From assembly GCF_022045235.1 (NCBI RefSeq), contig NW_027266308.1:61132001-61196000 (forward strand): DNA of 64,000 nt. The letters are read 5' to 3'. Each line of letters starts with the position of its first letter. Position 1 is the stretch's first letter. The translations under genes and the position numbers were made by a program. The DNA is from Haliotis cracherodii. Lineage: Eukaryota. Shown one piece after another: positions 24,447 to 38,171 of this stretch. Below the pieces are notes generated by a model, which had not been told where the DNA came from, made no database searches, and saw only the letters and a program-made list of their open reading frames with translations.

Positions 24447-26049
24447 TTACCACATAAACGAAGTCTGGCACCTCCTTTTCTGTACATGCCATTTACATGC
24501 GATTACTTCGAAAAAGAACATAGTTTTCAATGTTTCTTGTTGATTATGTAAATGTGTTACATGTATAAGAAGTATATCGAAACTTTGATCTGATAATCAG
24601 ATAATAAGACTTCAGTATTTGGTATTTGAGCGACCTGAAATCGTTCAAACAAACTCAATGTACACTTCTGAGAATTAACAGATATAAAGAATGAAAAATC
24701 ACTTAAATATACAAGGAGAAATGTACTTTTATCTCCAATAGTTTCACTTCTGTTATATCACAAAATGTATGCAAAGCATTTACATTTCTACTTGAGCTGC
24801 TGTGTACTGAGTGTATTTAAAGTTGCAGATTCTTTTTCAAATTAAAAGGTAATCTTTAGACTAGTTGTCTGTTCATAAGTATATAGGTTATATATCCAGG
24901 GGATTGAGCACTTTCCTTGTTTCAATACTCTATGCACAAGTCATATGTGTTTAGTTTATAACATGTTTTAACATTAATTCAGAGGTGGCGATTAGGTGCC
25001 CTACTCTGAGGACGTGGGTTCAAATCTGTACTGTTATGTTAGAAGTTTCCAGTTTGTCAATGTGGCATCAGTATTGGAGACAATATTACTGGAACCTGTT
25101 TGTGCTTGGTTCACGTTGTATTTGTCTGTAAGCATAACTGTTCACTACCAGGGTTTGATCTGATACTTGCTTTTCTAAAAAAACATTACAATGGTCAATG
25201 AAAGTTCTGCCTTTTTCTAGGCAACATAGTAAAGACTGGCTAATCCTATGTCAAGCTATGCAACATACATGTGCATGCAATTTAAATATTCCTAGTTACG
25301 CCCCTGGCTTGGACTGTAAATATCATGCCAGAATCTAATGACTGGGTTCAAGTTTCACCCTGATAATGATCCTTGGTTTCACACCATAATACCCTTACCC
25401 GCTCTGTGGTCATATGTTCCACCTAAGTGGTAAAATCTAAGACTTTGTGCATTACTTATCTGCATTACTTTGTGATCCCCATATTAAGCATATTTAAAGT
25501 GATACACCATGGTGTAACTGAAATACCGCTCAAAGTTGGTGTTGAACTAAGTTGACTTCCATATTTCTGAACTTTAAATCCATTGACTTGGTTGTTTATA
25601 CCGTTACTGTGAATGGCAAAATAGTACTCTTAAATTTGGAAAATGCTATTTATCGAATCCCTTTGAAGTCTTTAAAACCAGCTGATTATTTTAAAGATGT
25701 AAGTACCTGAAGTGCATTTGCGTTCCATATTTATCTTCAAAACTGTTTGCACAAGTCAGCATTCATCATTGAAATGATGTGATCAATACAGATATTCATA
25801 AACATGATAAAATAAAAATAGTAGTCTGTAAGCAAAAACCTTTTATTTTTCAGTCACATAATACAGAAGAGTGCTGGTAACAACAGCATATCAAACACAT
25901 GCGTTGCTAGCCAATGTTAATCTTCAGGAATAGCACACTCCAAATGATGGAAGGTTGTTAAATAATGTGGAATTATTCAGGTTAGAGCATTATATACAGG
26001 CTTTGAAAGCAAAAACAGGCATTTTCAAGATTGAAATATCAAAAAAAAA

Positions 26050-26290
26050 ATTGTTTAATGCTGCACTCAGCAATATTCCAGCTATATGACGGCAAAGTGT
26101 AAATAATCAAATCTGGATCAGACAATCCAGTGATTGATATTGAGAGCAACGATCCACGGCATCGGGGTACATTTACAGTAATGACACTCCATGAACCAAG
26201 TCACCAAGCCTAACCCCCCAATCTACTTTGTCGTCTCTTTCTACCAGTACAGGTTGCTGGTGATAATTCTTACCCAGAAACTCCACATTG
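26050..26290 (-). mobile_element. Short retroposon family B, diverged
   Basis: Reverse-complement match to tail (GCACTCAGCAATATTCCAGCTATATGACGG) and body. Confidence 0.7.
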
Positions 26291-27206
26291 GTTGAGATGG
26301 CAAATCTGAATTTCTGACTCGCAGTTTTTGCTGCAAACAGTTGCTACTCTCACAACAACTTGAACATTCATTAATGATTTGCATGAAAAAGTTGTAGGAT
26401 TCATAACAGGTATGTCTCCTACTGAGACTTCCTGCAATATACAGACTAAATTAAAAACTACAATTTGCTGCACATTTTTCAGAGTAAGGCCCGATGAATG
26501 TTATTTCTTGTTTATTTTGTTTGGACCTTGACAAACTATCATTTCAAAATCACAAACCCTTTCTTATTAACTATTCAAACTGGTCAGATACCATGAATAC
26601 TGTAATTATGTACAGGTTTTTTCACAAAGGTACTGAACCTTAAATCATGTTAAATGTAAATCATATGCAAATCCATGTTGTGGGGAGATCCTTCTGTGCC
26701 ATCATGCACTTCAAATTTGCTGTCTAAATACTATTCATTTTGAGCCTTTTGTAGGATTTAACATTAATTTTTGGTACATTGACTTAAATAGTAAGGATAA
26801 AAACAATACATGGAAGTATATAACAAATTATCAACAATATTGTTTATGGCAAAAAACAATCAGGTTCCACTTGGAACAAAACAATTGTTACATTTAGCTA
26901 ATATTTGTTTTCTCTGTAAACAAAAACTTTTCAAATAAAACCAAGATATGTGACATGGAAGTACAAAAACAACAAACCAGATAAAATAGTACACAAAAAC
27001 TCAGAAAATAAGTTAAAAGAAAGAAAGAAAGGTTTGTAGTGGTAAGAGCCTAAAAATTTAAAATAATTATTTTGAATTGCATCTTTTTTTTCTTTTCTAA
27101 TCCATCCAAACTGAAGTTTGCAGCCAAACGAATGTAATTTAACTAAACTCCATTATTTATTTTCTTATGAATGCCTTGTGGATGTGGTCATATAATATAA
27201 AAGTAT

Positions 27207-27701
27207 CAATCTCATTAAAATCAGATCTTAGTTTATGCTACCGCTAAAGATTTGAGGACATCCCATTACGGGTCACATCATAACGACCTCTTGCGCACTT
27301 TGACCGATCAATGAAATGAATGACAAGAAATCGACAAGGCCAATCAGAAGGCAGCTTTACGACACTAGTTTCAAACGGGCGACGACGCTTCGAAACATAT
27401 TTTGACGTATTCTCGGTTAAAACTTTTAAAACTGATAAAAAGAACACTCTGGAATGGCTTACAGATGGCCTAGATTGTATGGATATAATCATAAAACCCG
27501 TAACTGTCGTTCAGAATACCCTCTGTTAAATATTTCAAGGTTGCATGATCCGAAAACACATTCCGCCTGTCACTTTCATGATCTGGTAAGCGACGCTCTG
27601 ATTGGTTGGATGAAAGGTCGTTCTGACGTGACCCATAATGGGATGTCCTCAGATCTTTGTTCAGTGATAGCGAGAACTAAGATCTGATTTTAATGAGATT
27701 G
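27207..27701. mobile_element. MITE with long TIRs and a perfect 9-bp TSD (MULE-type)
   Basis: CAATCTCATTAAAATCAGATCTTAGTT... inverted at the right end over more than 80 bp; TSD TAAAAGTAT (27198-27206, 27702-27710). Confidence 0.9.
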
Positions 27702-28124
27702 TAAAAGTATAATAATACTAATTCCGTCTTGGGCACAAACAAAATAATATCCTTTATAAAATATTAAAATATTATATGCTTATATTATAAGCAGATACAT
27801 TTACTGTAATTGACCCAATAATATAATAAAAAAAAAAGCATTCATTATCAATAAATAGATGTGTGAGCAAGAACAAATAAGTAACTAAATTCTACAGACT
27901 ACTAGAGAGCAATACTATTTGAAGGAATTTCCTTCACATATATGGCACAAACACAAATAAATAGCAAAGTAACAAACACTCTCACTGGTAGCATTTTATG
28001 AATTCTTTCTACATGTTAAGTTCTTTTACAATTGAGTACATATATTACATAAATTGAGATATCACAGCTTGAAGAACATTATCACAATTTAATGGTTTAA
28101 TCAAAACTGTTGAGAATAGTTGCA

Positions 28125-31100
28125 TTATTCTTCAATTGTTGGCCACACATCATCTGATCCCTGTTCTGGGAGATTCTTTTTCAAACCTGTCGCAAAGGAG
28201 AATTTTGGATTTAGTGCCACATTTCTTTAATTTTGCAATAGAAGAATTAATAAGGGCAGACCACTTTCGTTTCACATTTTTGGATGAGTCTACTCGCCCC
28301 AGCATGAAAATGTTTTTTTTAACCTCCTGCATGCTTATAAATTTGGTATAGAAAATCAAGAAATCAGAGATAAAAGTGGTTTGGCCAAATGAAGGCAATG
28401 GACATACTTCGTCTTTCATCAGCAACACACCTGTGACAGGAGCATTTTTTTCAGGAATTTTCTATCAACTTTTGCTTACCGGTAAATGATGAAAATGCCC
28501 TGATTACATTTGTCTTCAATAATCTTCAGAAGTTTTGAAAGGCAAAATCTCATAATATGGTGCAAATCTTGACATAATAACCAGCTCAAGGACCCTGCTA
28601 AATTCCTAACACTGTATTTAATATATTAACACCAGACCATTGCAGACATTTAATGTTCCACATAATTACTGCATATCAAATGACATGAATAAATGGCATC
28701 TCAGGGGCCTGAAGGCAAAGTTTCAATATGATTTCTAAAGAAAATTAGAATTACACCTTCATAAACATACTACCCCAAGAAAAAATATATTTCTACGCGA
28801 AAGACATTATACATAGCCTATATATATTGAAATGTTAATATTATAAACAAATTGGTGCATGAATAAATGGAAAAGGAGGCTGTAAGCCATGTTTGAAATA
28901 CAAAAATAAATTGTTTTACACATATGCCAACAAATACACCTTTCAGTTCAGGTGAGGCAAAATCATCTTTCATACACAGAGTGTGTAATAAGTTAACAAG
29001 TATGATACACTGTAAATCTGTATTTACAAATACTTATCTTTCTTTTCTCATTAATATTGCAATATGTCCATGTTATCAACAATAATGTGTCATGTACCTT
29101 TCATGTCAAATCTAGAGTGTACACTGCTGCAGTTTGTTTCTGGCGAGGAGTCTGTTGATGAAATGTACCAGGAATAACTGGAAGGACTAGCTGAATCATA
29201 CTGGCTGTCTGTTGCATCACACAGGTGACATATTCTTGGAGTAGCATCAGGTCCACGAGGATAGTTATCATCTTCTGAGTCAAGCATATAACTCCTCAAT
29301 GCACCTCCATGATGTGCAAGACGTTCTCGACTCCATACCATGTGCGAGTTCTCAATGGCCATTATCTGCAAGCAAACAGTTTGCCACACTGTTCTAGACA
29401 AAACCATTAAATAACGTTGAACATAATTCACAAATACATTCAAGTATCACTCTACTGTAACAGCTTTAGCAATGATGTTGCCATGGACATCAAAGTTAAC
29501 TTGGGATGAAGACGATGTTAACGTAAAGATCTAATGTGGGATCAGTCAGCAAAGGTTCAGCTTCACACCTCATTTTGTTTCAAAGAGCATTTTCAGTTAT
29601 AGTTTCCAAAGAAAATTTTGAATTTGCAGCAGTAGCTGGCAGACAATGGACAGACATTAAAGTCACTTCGATTCATGCACCTGGTACATTGGAGAATTGA
29701 AACAGCCCAACACTCAGACATAATGTTTGTTACCTTCAGTGCTGGTCTGCAAATATCACAAAGTCACAAATTAGATTTAACTTTCCCTTTAAAACAAGAA
29801 TTTTATTTGGCGACTTCCTCCAAAAAGACTTAGATGTTTAATGACTATGATTAGAATTGTTGGAGTTCATATGATAACAAACATGGGAAGAAGCCCAGAT
29901 TGTGACCCAAGATATTAAGAATACACAGTTTTATCTTTGTCCTCTAAACACTGACTTTAGATGCTATAGATAAAGTGTTCGCCTCAGGAAGATAATTACT
30001 GTATGTCTAATAGTGCAGTAGACCTGTATCTCATGCATATTATTTCGTATGTGCACTTGAGGTATATTTTTTTTAATGTTCATTAAGTAAATGCATTAAT
30101 ACCAAGTGAACAATAGAGGCAATGGCTCTTTTTTCTAATGTTCCATTTGTGCTTATTGTACCTTTAGATTAAACACTGTTTCAATGTATTATATTATGCA
30201 GACAACACGTTACCCGCCAAATCATAGCTATTTTACTTTTTCAAAGTTGAAATTCAATCAACTTCCACATGCATTTTGTGCCAGTTACCTCCTCACAACA
30301 ACGCTTGCTAACAATGGCTCTGTAGTCAATCCTCTTCAGTAATTTATCTCTCTTGGCTAGAAATCCAGGGTATTTCTTTTTCCATTTTTTGCCAAGAGCC
30401 CATGGAAAGATTTCATACTTTATTTCCTCTTCATCTTCTTCCACATCATTTGCAAGATATCTGAAATTCAATCCATTCAATGAATGTCCTGCCCAATAGT
30501 CAAAACACTTGTTTGGTGCCACTCTCAATCTACCAGTATCATCTTTTAGCATTCTTTTGTCTGTCTGAGTTAATGCGCATGCTTTGCAAATTCTTTTTCC
30601 ACGTATTCTATTTTAGTGAAAACTTATCACAATTAAACAATTAAAGATGACAGTATTGAGATAAAATAGTGAATTCCAAGGCATTTGAACATAAACTAGT
30701 ACTTAAACTGGCGTTTGTAAAAAATGCACTACAGTGATTTTGCTCGAAGACAAATGTTATCAGGGCATTTTCATCATTTACCTGTAAGCAAAGATTGATA
30801 GAAAATTCCACTATACTATTATCAAAATTTAAAAAAATAATATTTATTACATTTTTTATGACAATCAGTGAATGTCCTTGAAAACAAGAGTGATTTATTA
30901 ATTTAACTAAAACATGTTACTCCATCTCCAATTTCTGTTCATCCTGACAAACATCGTTTTAAGCTTTACAAAAAGGATAAATAGAAGTTATATGCTCTTG
31001 GAAATATCCACTTTGTTCCATTAATAAATGAATTCTGATTATCTATAGCTCAGTTGATATTTCCCACACTGAAATTAACCCATGTTGAACACTATATATC

Positions 31101-34100
31101 TTCACCATTCATTACAAGAGTCATCAGAAGATTACAAATCCCTCCTGCCCCCACAAACTAATTAGAAAAAGGCACCAGTTGACAAGCTTGTCTTTGTGTA
31201 TGCACAGTTTTAAAAAAAGAGTACCTATTTATTGTTTTAGAGATATGATACAGATAAACACAGGAAAAAAATAAGTTAATAAATATTCCTAAACAGCAAA
31301 AGGCTTGACTTCAGCCCCTGGTTAATATATGTACCAAGTTTGGATGAAATACGGATTGACACAGACAGACCAGATGATGACTCTAACCCCCCCACCCTCC
31401 TCCCATATGCAGCGAGGATGAAAAGGAACTAGTCAAGATGTCCAGTCTATATGACTATATATAATAGTTAAAATGTCGTAAACATAATGTACCAAAATTC
31501 TATTAGTATGTTTGTATTTGCTTACAAGAGATCTTTTATCATTCTTGTATGTGGCTAGGAAAAGCCTTCAAAGTGTAGTACTCACTCTTGGACAGAAGAA
31601 ATCATAATCATTATATGGTCGAAATAAGTAAATTAGTGCTTACAATGCAATGAAGAAATTGGTTCTTGAATACTCCCTCAGAGAGTAGCCAGCTCTCTTG
31701 AAGTAGGCAAACACCATTGCAATCAAATACTGTAAATGGAAATGGTAAAGAATATAAAATAATTTCAGATTATATGAAGTATAGTGAGTCACGCATATCC
31801 AGAAGGGACATTAACATCACTTCACATGAATAATAATGTTTGTTACAACTGCAGTCTCTGCCAAAATCTTTTGAGTAGACTAGCCCAAACATAGCTCTAA
31901 GCATTACTTTCAGTAGATTTTAGTCTTATTACCTGAGCTTACTAGACCCAACAGAATTTTAATAGACTCTGGTTTCGCAATAGTGGCTAAAGTTACAGAC
32001 AGCAACAATCCTGATTGAGGATCTGGATTTAACTGTAATCACATGATTATGCTAGCTCATCAGTAGACCTAAAAATATCATGAAGTTGTTTGATAGACTA
32101 CTTAAACGTAATTGTAGTACTGTCCACAAACACTGATAAACGAAAAACATACAAAATCAACAACACTTAATTTGAACTGTGAAGATGACTTTTATGTGCA
32201 TCATGGTATAAGTTTACAAATCTTCAGTGCCAATTGTATGTGTGACCAAGAACATCTTTATATATCATGTCACATAACCAATGTCACAATTGAAGCAAAA
32301 TGTTAAGCAGTACAGCTTACATTATCAGCAATTCTCATACAGCTATCCATTTCAAGGAAGTCTTGGATCAGTTCATCAGCTGGAACACATAAATAAGAAA
32401 CATTGTTCAAGCACAACAAACCATAAAATGACATGGCATGGTTTAGTTTATCTAAGTTGTTCATAGGGTGAAATGTACATTAGTAATAAAGCTAACTAAT
32501 TAGATTTATATATATTTGAAAATCCAGATTACCAACATTAATCTGAGAGGAGAAATAGTTCTCACCAAGTGATTTTGAAGACCCGATGGAGTCTGGTGTA
32601 AATGACTTTATGGTACATTTTCATGGTGTGATGAATGTGACCAGGAAAAAGCAATGACTGATAGTTAACTATTATTTATGAATGAGAACAGAAAAATTAA
32701 ATTTAGAGTATTATTTCTGTATGCTTCATATAAATAACAATAAATGAAAAAGCAACATTCATATCACACTTAATCTGAAACACAAACACATTACCAGCAA
32801 CAGACGTTTATGTTTTTAACTTTTTATATCATCTCTAAGCATCACACTCAATTTCAGGATCCTCTAAAAAATGAATTAATATAAATGTAAAAAAGTAAAT
32901 CACAGATTTCATGATCAATTCCTTGGTTGGAAAGTGAGGACCATCTAATTTATTAATTTGAACACTTCCAGCAACGATGTCCTGCTCAGAGGCCTATATT
33001 TGACTCCAAGTCTGCAACAAAATGTACAAATTCCCAAGCTGAGTAAAAAATGTCTCAGTTCCTCTGAATTTATCTATATTTGAATATTAAGAAAATTCCC
33101 ATTTGAACAAAAGAATGCTTTCTTTCCAGTTTGCCTGTCAAGGATTGAAAGTTTTGAATCCAAAATAGATTATCATTGAATAAGTATGAGATAATTGATT
33201 TTATGCAACAAGTTCCACATGCATATCTACATCCCTAAGCGTCTTACTAAGTTTTCACACACGTTGAACTTACATACTCTTAATCAACACTTGAAAGTAC
33301 AACTATGTATATAAAGTGGACTATTATATAAACAAATTTACTGGTCATGGATGAGTAAAGGTTATATATACATAGCAATAGAAGTCACAGTGTTAGAAAT
33401 TGGCACTAGTCCTCTGGTCCTTGCCAAAATGCCCAGTGGTAAAGGTATCATAAGGACTAGTAGAAATTTGCCCTTTTTAAGGGTTTTGCTATATGTTATC
33501 ATTTTTAGGACCAGTGGACGAAAACTCTTAGTTTCTAACGCTGAGAACAGTATCAATACTCAATAGTCGTTTGTCATCATGTTTGGTTTTTGTTTGGTTA
33601 AACAAATAGTTGCAGATTTTTTCCTGAATTTGGTTCAGAATATTGCCTGATGATAGACATGTCAAGTAGATTTGTTTCTTGTTTTACATCAGGCAACAAC
33701 ATTCAATCTATATCCCAGCAGCAGGTTAACAGGGTTTAGATATTTTTCAAATATGGTAAAGATATAGAATGTGCTATTAAAAGTTCATGAAATCATGAAA
33801 ATGACCTGATGCCATTTGTCTTCACCAAATTCACTGAGTGAATAACTGAGTGTTGGCCAGGCAAATGTCCACCCATTAAAATACCATAGCTGAAAATTTC
33901 AAGGATGTAATAACTTCCTTTCATTGCTGATACTCAGAAGAAAATATCTAAACTTGGTTTCAACCTGTTTAACAAATTTTGAGATATTTGGACCAAATAA
34001 AAAAAATTGTCAGGAAGACACATTGTAAAACAGTTTGCATGACTTTGAAGAAGTCAAAGGAGACATGATGATGTCTACAAGTCTACAACACATACCTTAC

Positions 34101-34440
34101 AAGTATATCTGAAATGTGATCATACTTCAACTTCAGAAATTGTTACTAGTCCTATAATCCTTGTCAAACTGCCCAATTGTTAAGGTATCGAATACATAAG
34201 AACTAAATTTGCCACATTTAAGGGTTTTGCTATATGTTATCATAATGAGGATTAGTGGACCAATAATGTTAGTTTCTACCACTTATACTTACCTATGAGG
34301 CCAAAGAATGCCTTCATTTCTTTTCCCTTAACAATGAAACATGACCTCTTTTGTCTTTTGGCTGGCACATGATTAAAAGAAGAAGGCTCTTCAACAGAAT
34401 TCCCTTCATTCTGTTGTGATTGTTGCCTCTGCCTCTTCAT
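28125..34440 (-). CDS. SPDYA: Speedy/RINGO cell-cycle regulator (CDK activator), Speedy A-like, 6 coding exons, about 264 aa
   Basis: Exons (minus): 34440-34293, 32379-32321, 31729-31644, 30460-30289, 29365-29098, 28186-28125 (last exon less certain). Speedy box rebuilt: AFFGLIADELIQDFLEMDSCMRIADNYLIAMVFAYFKRAG...[29 protein letters not shown]...IDYRAIVSKRCCEEIMAI...WSRERLAHHGGA. Phases consistent, 795 nt. Confidence 0.9.
33388..33543. mobile_element. Small hAT-like MITE (CAGTGTTAGAAA...TTTCTAACGCTG)
   Basis: Short TIRs and internal GGACTAGT motifs; related copies at about 34133-34282, 34850-34905, 34923-35057 and 44737-44878. Confidence 0.7.
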
Positions 34441-35478
34441 ATGATTATGCAGTGGATAATGCTGTGGTTGAAACAACAGCAGGTTGACAGGGAATATGTG
34501 GTATCAAAAGCTCCTAATCTTCATTAGGCCTATTTGGATAATCAGGAATTCAAGTTTTCATGAAGCCTGTAAAATATATCCCACCATATGTTGCTTCAAA
34601 ATTAGGAAGGGCAAGGCTCATCTGTGACTGAAAGTGGAAATTTGTAACCTGTTGACTAAATTCTTTATCCAATTCTTCATTGATAAATACAAGTGAATAT
34701 TGTAACAAACACTTAGAAAATAATGCTTGCCAACTAGCCTGTGGTGGGTTGTGATAGCCTGTGCTAGCGAACATTTCCATGAACTAGGCTAGTTATGGCT
34801 AGTTATATCTATACTTCAATGTCCTAAAAAAAATTAAAACATTTTTTGTCCACTAGTCCTTATAATGATAGCATATAGAGAAAACCTTGAAAATGGCAAA
34901 TTTCGTCTATCTACATTATACCAGCATTAGAAATTGATACCAGTCCTGTAGTCCTTATCATATGGACTAGTAGAAATTTGCAATTAATTATTAAGGGTTT
35001 TGCTTCATGTTATCATTATAAGAACTAGTGGACTACAAATGTTAGTTTCTTCCGCTGCTTTTGACCCAGACTTTTTTAAGCCCGGATCATTTTGCGATAT
35101 AAAAAAGATGTTGCAATTCTTTAAATATTATTTGAAAAAAATCATCATTTGAAAATATTTATGTAGGCATAATGTCTTCATATGATTAACCTCTTCAAGC
35201 CCACTTTTGTTATAGCCATATTACTAAAATCTTGTAAACTTTCGTTTTTATGTCCACGGGGTCTTTATCGTAACGCAAAGCAAGATATATATGGTCACTA
35301 AGCCCCTGTGGTCAGCTGGTGGTTATGACATTTTATAAATTCCATCTACATTCATCAATTTCTTCAACCATTCTTTATTGCAAGATAATGTCACACATTA
35401 CAAAATCAAGCAGTGCGTACTATTCAAAGAACCTATTCTAATTTAGCCAGAGATGTACTTACTTAAAATATTACTTAC

Positions 35479-35560
35479 CAAAAAGCTACTTTCTCCGCAG
35501 CTGACAAATGCAACTTCTGTGGATTTTCTGTCGTCTGCTAGGTGCGCGACGCCGGTGACC
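35479..35560 (-). other. Probable non-coding first exon of the Speedy gene
   Basis: Strong donor G|GTAAGTAA (GT at 35478-35477) beside a CpG-richer promoter-like stretch; matching acceptor ...ccacag at 34463-34462. The 5' boundary is a guess. Confidence 0.45.
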
Positions 35561-36057
35561 TCTATGTTTTTAGTAACAGTTTAGAGTGATCTCCCCTTTA
35601 TTCGCCATGCTCCTCACAGCGATATTACGTTCCCGGAGCTCTCTATACTATATGTTACCGAGAGTGTAACGAAGGTGTCACGCGCTGGGAAGGAGCTTGC
35701 GTATCCGCGTGGTCATTGTTACATTACGTTTTGTGTACAGTGTATTATAAAAAAAACTGTGACAAATAAGATTGTGTCGAGAACTCTTACTGAGAACAAA
35801 TATATGTACTCAAAGACCAAATTAATAGTGGTCATGTTGGTATTTTATCATGAGATTTTTCAGAAGAACGTTACTCCACACAATATAGATCTAGGTTCTT
35901 AAGAAATATTAAATTTTCAAGTTCATATTCTTCTTCGCATTTCGCGTGTTCTGTGCGCCAGCAATGGCGTAGTAGTCAGGAAGAACTGCGAACATTAGTG
36001 ACTTGTAGTTTAAACATAAAGTTTTAGATACTTTTTGTCATTAAACAATATATCAAG

Positions 36058-36150
36058 TGACTAACCACGGGTCCGGGTAGTCCTGTGGGTACCCGGGTCC
36101 TATTCAGTACCCACCCGACCCGAGTATCCGAATTACCCGTCCCAGCCCTA
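36058..36150. mobile_element. Terminal fragment of the hAT-like family
   Basis: Ends CCCGTCCCAGCCCTA; reverse complement aligns with 21949-22041. Confidence 0.6.
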
Positions 36151-36245
36151 ATAGAAATAACTTCGTGAGCGGATTTTGTCAATTAATCGTCTCGTGGGAC
36201 GAACGGACCAGATTCAATTATGGCGCTGTTACCTGTCGAAATAAA

Positions 36246-36396
36246 GTGAGTGGGTGACTTGGGTTAAACGCCAGAAGAAACACAAAAGGGAGAAATCGAA
36301 CCTACGCTCATATGTTTCTGGCGTGCCAGAGGGAGGCTTCTCGATCTGCACAGCAGATTGCGGCGCCTAAGGCGACTGGGCAATCCGTGCACCCCC
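36246..36396 (-). mobile_element. SINE family A-related, diverged and deleted
   Basis: Head GGGGTGCACGGATTGCCCAGTCGCCTTAGGCGCC and tail GCGTTTAACCCAAG...ACTCAC recognisable. Confidence 0.6.
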
Positions 36397-37344
36397 TAAA
36401 ACAAAGATAATGTGGTTGTAATGTGTGATCTGACTGACAGGGTGTCATCATACCCTGACGGCGTGGATCTGTGCCCATGTATACCGTCATATAGCTGGAA
36501 TATTGCTGAGTGCGGCGTTAAACAAGAAACAAACAAACTAAATGAATTTCCCGTAGACTCCAAAACATTATACATGCATCACATACGCAAGCCTGACTTT
36601 AGACTGTGTGAATGTTGTTTAACGAGCAATCAGCAATTAGATAAAACAAAATTAAGGCTGGCTGTAACTGAAGCAAGAACAACAATCCACGTCATCGGGG
36701 ACTTATGACACGCAATCAACCGGTAGTCATACAGCCTGATCAACCTTTACCCCTTTTAGTCGGCTCTTAATGTCAATCTGTCTGAAGGTTGACCACAAGA
36801 CCATAAGTGACTGAGTGAATGTTGTTTTGCGTCGCAACGTGCATTATTGGACATTTATTACTCACCCGAGAAGAGATCATCTGTTTGATAAACACAACTT
36901 TGTATTACGCATTGTGTAATATTTACCAAAGCACGTGCTCATGTCCTGCGGGAAGACGTTTCACTAACAAATAGTGAAAACTCCCCAAATCCCTGGGCTT
37001 TTTCAATGACATTGCGTGTAGAGATGACAGGCCACTGAGAGAAGCTTATGCACACTCGATGACCCCAGCAAACCGGTTGCTTGACTGACGCCACATGGCA
37101 TTGTTTCTGGTGGATATTGTAACAAAATACCACAAATTACGCCAGAGGGTATTGTGTCGTTATCGTGTGTGCACTAGTGCAAATATCACTTCACGTAATG
37201 TCGGAATGACGTCAAACGAGAAACGACGTCATTAATGAAGAAGATGGCCACACGATAGGGAACTAAAGTGACCATCTGTCTCTAGTGTAAATGTATTGTT
37301 CATCACACTCAGGATACACGGGTTGGTCATCTGACACTCTCGGC

Positions 37345-38171
37345 CACTGGCCACAGTCATTCCATTCGTCACCACTCGCCTCTTTCCGTAACCTGCAAGA
37401 AGACTCGTCCCCCTATCGATGAATGTTATGCGCGAAAATACGACAAACCAATCAGAATGCGCGTATGATTTCAAGTTCTTCGTCAAAGAATCACTCAGAA
37501 ATAATTTTTGATTTTACATATGTCATGCATCTAAGAATATACCCAATACAGTTAAATGTGTTCAATCATACTGTATAATTCCACATGTCCAGATGTGCTT
37601 TAAATTGCATCTGAAATATATATAATATATTGGGAAATATATGTGAACTATAACGCGACGAATTGACAATTATTTTAGGTATGGCCGTTTGCGCTAAGAC
37701 GGAACCCGGTCGCAAAAATGGCCATGAGAGGGGCACGAGTCGCTTGTCCTGGAATAACACGAGTTGGTCACGAATGCAGTCATTCGTGACCAACTCGTGT
37801 CATTCCGTGACAAGCCGAATAGCGACACGTCCCCCTCTCGTGCTAATTTTTGCGACTGGGTTCCGTCTAAACGCATCCAGGCATGTATATTTCCCCTACA
37901 TATCATACATATTCCAGATGCTATTGAAAACACATCTTGACTTACAGTATGATTGATCACATTTAACTGTATCTTGGGTATATTTTCAAATACAAGACAT
38001 ATGTAAAAAAATATTCCTGAGGGATTCTTTGACCGAAGTACCTGAAATCATACGCGCATTCTGATTGGTTTGCCGTATTTTCGCACATAGCATTCATTCA
38101 TCGATTGGGGGACGAGTCTTCTCGCAGGTTATGGAAATGGGCGAGTGCAGGTGACGAATGTGGCCACAGTG
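37345..38171. mobile_element. Fold-back (palindromic) element of about 800 bp
   Basis: Arms TAACCTGC(A/G)AGAAGACTCGTCCCCC... stay inverted all the way to a central perfect 20-bp stem ACACGAGTTGGTCACGAATG-CAGT-CATTCGTGACCAACTCGTGT (37757-37800). Confidence 0.85.

Noticed and set aside
28150-28428. 92-aa ORF as the Speedy terminal exon
   Set aside because: Its 5' end abuts a repeat fragment and the peptide is not recognisable; the acceptor at 28187-28188 has a better pyrimidine tract and a compatible phase.
37566-37960. Paired sense and antisense ORFs with similar peptides
   Set aside because: A by-product of the DNA palindrome, not coding.
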